Below are positions 61,574 to 64,000 of a stretch of DNA of 64,000 nucleotides, piece after piece (positions within the stretch are counted from its first letter, which is position 1; each line of letters begins with the position of its first letter). Where the stretch lies: positions 65,919 to 129,918 of the forward strand of contig JBBRBD010000001.1 in assembly GCA_038206135.1 (NCBI GenBank), given 5' to 3'. Below the pieces are notes generated by a model. The model saw nothing but the letters and a program-made list of their open reading frames with translations, ran no database searches and was not told the DNA's origin. This stretch comes from Patescibacteria group bacterium. GTDB taxonomy: Bacteria > Patescibacteriota > Microgenomatia > UBA8517. A program made the translations under genes and the position numbers.

Positions 61574-61647
61574 CGGGATGGAAGGGACTCGAACCCTCGA
61601 CCTCTTCCGTGACAGGGAAGCGCTCTAACCAACTGAGCTACCACCCC
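61574..61647 (-). tRNA. tRNA-Asp(GTC)
   Basis: GGGGTGG/CCATCCC acceptor, loop CTGTCAC, GTTCGAGTC, G73. Confidence 0.93.
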
Positions 61648-61714
61648 AAAGGGGGATGCGAGTATTATACCTCAGCTTGCGCTGAGCAGCAACGATTGAG
61701 TAATATAGATAAAA

Positions 61715-63553
61715 GTGACTAAAGAAATAAACAACATATTAATTGCAGAACTCCTTCGTGATGTTGCGGCTTCATATCAGATTTTGGATGAAGACAGATA
61801 CCGTTTCCAAATTATCGCGTATCAACGTGCTGCAGATGGAATTGAAAAATTGAGCTCAGAAGTAAAGGACTATTATGATGAAAATAAACTTCATGAAATT
61901 CCTGGGGTTGGTAAAAGTATTGCAGCACACCTAAAAGAACTCTTTGAAACTGGTAAATCAACACACTTTGAAGACATGCTTGGTAAGCTACCAAAGGCAG
62001 TTTTTGTTTTGATGAAAGTTCCGGGGATTGGTCCCAAAAAAGCATTTAGGCTTTCAAATGAATTCAAATTATCAGCTGAATCTCCTCTAAAAGAATTACT
62101 CGATTTAGCTCAGAAAGATAAAATTGCGCAACTTGATGGTTTTGGAGAGGAATCACAGAAAGATATTATCGAGGGAATACAAGAATATTTAGTTAAGCCA
62201 CCTGAACGGGCGCTTCTCATCGATGCGAATGATATTGCAAACGAGCTCACAGAATGGCTTTCTGTTGTGCCTGGTGTGATTGCTGTAAATACGTTAGGAA
62301 GTTTAAGGCGACGAGCTTCAACTGTTGGAGATATTGATATTTCGGTCTCTTCATTAAATGCAGAGCCGGTATTCGATAAATTAGTACAGTTCCCTCGAAT
62401 CCACCGTGTAATTGAGCGTGGTGAGCATAGTTGCTCAATTCTTTTACCGGGTAGTGTTCAAATAGATGTTATGGTTCAACCGCCAGTTGCATATGGTTCA
62501 CTTCTACAGCATTTCACAGGTAGTAAGCATCACAATGTGGCTCTTCGTGAATACGCACTTAAGAAAAACTTAAGCCTTTCTGAGTATGGTATTAAAAGCA
62601 CAAATGCTGAGTTTAATAAAAAACATAAGGACAATTACAATGAAAGACTTAATTTGTACCAATTTTCAGACGAAGTTAAGTTTTATAACGCACTCGACCT
62701 CGACTTCGTACCTCCTGAGTTACGCGAGGATACGGGAGAAATACAATCCACGATATTACACAATTTGCCGTCACTAGTGGAATTGTCAGATATAAAGGGC
62801 GACCTTCAGATGCATTCTGATTTTGATATTGAAACAAGTCATGACATTGGTCAAAGCTCTATGCGTGAAATTTCTCATAAAGCTATAGAGATGGGATATG
62901 AATATATTGCTTTTACTGAACACAATCCAAGTCAAAAAGGACACACTCCAAACCAGATGGTGGACCTCTTGGAGAAGAAAAGAGAAGCTGTTGCGAAGTT
63001 AAATTTTGAGCTTGTGAAAACTGTGAAAAGCCAGAGTAACAAAAATACTCGAGTCTTTAAAGTATTCAATAGTTTAGAGGTAGATATACTTCCAACGGGA
63101 AGGCTTGCTGTTTCTGATCGAGCACTTGAAATTCTAGATTTTGCCTTAGTGTCAATTCACAGTAGCTTTAAGCAAAATAAAACTGTTGCAACCAGGAGAG
63201 TTTTAGAGGCGCTCTCAATTCCAAACGTAAAAATATTCGCACATCCAACTGGACGGCTGTTGAACAAGAGAGAAGGGGTAAATCTCGACTGGGATTTAAT
63301 TTTTGACTATGTTTTGAAAAACAACAAATGGATCGAAATAAATGCTGATCCACATAGACTTGATTTGCCAGACGTTTTGATAAAAGAAGCGGTGAAAAGA
63401 GGTGTGAAAATGACATTGGGTACAGATTCACATCATGTCGACGGCCTGCAAAATATGAAATACGGGGTATGGAATGCACGTCGTGGTTGGGCAGAAAAGA
63501 AAGATATTATAAATACTTCCTCCCTATCAGACTTCGAACATATGATAAGATAG
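61715..63553 (+). CDS. polX: DNA polymerase X with PHP domain
   Basis: HhH motifs, GSLRR..TVGDIDI, HFTGSK.HN, PPELRE, DLQMHS, AHPTGR, TDSH. Confidence 0.93.
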   Translation: MTKEINNILIAELLRDVAASYQILDEDRYRFQIIAYQRAADGIEKLSSEVKDYYDENKLHEIPGVGKSIAAHLKELFETGKSTHFEDMLGKLPKAVFVLMKVPGIGPKKAFRLSNEFKLSAESPLKELLDLAQKDKIAQLDGFGEESQKDIIEGIQEYLVKPPERALLIDANDIANELTEWLSVVPGVIAVNTLGSLRRRASTVGDIDISVSSLNAEPVFDKLVQFPRIHRVIERGEHSCSILLPGSVQIDVMVQPPVAYGSLLQHFTGSKHHNVALREYALKKNLSLSEYGIKSTNAEFNKKHKDNYNERLNLYQFSDEVKFYNALDLDFVPPELREDTGEIQSTILHNLPSLVELSDIKGDLQMHSDFDIETSHDIGQSSMREISHKAIEMGYEYIAFTEHNPSQKGHTPNQMVDLLEKKREAVAKLNFELVKTVKSQSNKNTRVFKVFNSLEVDILPTGRLAVSDRALEILDFALVSIHSSFKQNKTVATRRVLEALSIPNVKIFAHPTGRLLNKREGVNLDWDLIFDYVLKNNKWIEINADPHRLDLPDVLIKEAVKRGVKMTLGTDSHHVDGLQNMKYGVWNARRGWAEKKDIINTSSLSDFEHMIR

Positions 63554-63573
63554 ATAACGATGGAGGTGATTGT

Positions 63574-64000
63574 ATGGCATTATTAATAATTATTGGCCTC
63601 GTAGCTATTGTTGGCTTCTGGGGTATTTCTACTTATAACTTCTTTGTATCAAGTAAAGCTCGAATTGCTGCTGCTATTCAAGAAATTGGAAACCAGTTGA
63701 AGCGTCAAGCTGACCTAATTCCAAACTTGGAGGCTGCTGCTAAAGGGTATTTGACTCACGAAAAAGAAATTTTTGTTGCTCTTACTGATGCACGAAAAGA
63801 CGTAACCGCAGCTGTCAAATCTGGGAATATTCAAGAAATGTCTGATGCAGGAAGTAAGTTTGCACAGCTTTTGCCTCAAATTCGTGTTGCTGTTGAAAGT
63901 AATCCTGAGATTAAAGGAACGGAAGTTGTTACACCTTTAATGGACGAATTACGAGACACTGCAGACAAAATAATGTATTCTCGCAGACTGTTGATCGACT
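63574..64000 (+). CDS. lemA: LemA family protein, 3'-truncated
   Basis: Manual translation MALLIIIGLVAIVGFWGISTYN...QLKRQADLIPNL...KGYLTHEKEIF; SD GGAGGTGA upstream. Confidence 0.9.
   Translation, partial: MALLIIIGLVAIVGFWGISTYNFFVSSKARIAAAIQEIGNQLKRQADLIPNLEAAAKGYLTHEKEIFVALTDARKDVTAAVKSGNIQEMSDAGSKFAQLLPQIRVAVESNPEIKGTEVVTPLMDELRDTADKIMYSRRLLID

Noticed and set aside
61409-61612. 67-aa ORF ending RDGRDSNPRP
   Set aside because: Typical antisense-tRNA translation artefact overlapping tRNA-Asp.
61715-63553. PHP motif DLQMH instead of DLHxH as a sign of inactivation
   Set aside because: Gln at this position is a known variant in bacterial PolX; polymerase aspartates and other PHP ligands are intact.
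1-64000. Alternative genetic code (UGA=Gly as in Gracilibacteria/Absconditabacteria)
   Set aside because: Conserved genes are full length under code 11 and several end in TGA with ATGA coupling.

Overview
AT-rich, gene-dense chromosomal window (translation table 11) that looks like a Candidate Phyla Radiation / Patescibacteria genome, probably Microgenomates (inferred from gene content, the alpha2-type GlyRS and near-absence of Shine-Dalgarno sites). 1-26.9 kb: a co-oriented surface-glycan cluster (GT2, GT4, several GT-C membrane transferases, O-antigen ligase-like protein, acyltransferase, methyltransferase, ManC, DUF4012). 26.9-31.6 kb: recO, DUF2130, glyQS, two hypotheticals. 31.8-49.1 kb: a rearranged dcw cluster (mraZ-rsmH-ftsL-ftsI-ddl, inverted membrane-anchored murF plus alpha/beta hydrolase, C39- and M15-like peptidases, murE, inverted murD, mraY-ftsW-murG-ftsQ-ftsA-ftsZ). 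49.1-49.95 kb: an ORF-free, promoter-driven, terminator-bounded, densely base-paired ~780-nt locus with a repeated hairpin whose copies vary while keeping pairing; this candidate large or multi-unit ncRNA is the most novel-looking element. Then rodA, rplU, rpmA, parB, lepB, a second glycan cluster, four tRNAs, a LysM protein, a probable 6S-like RNA, PolX-PHP and lemA (truncated). All calls come from reading the sequence by eye; no searches or folding programs were run.
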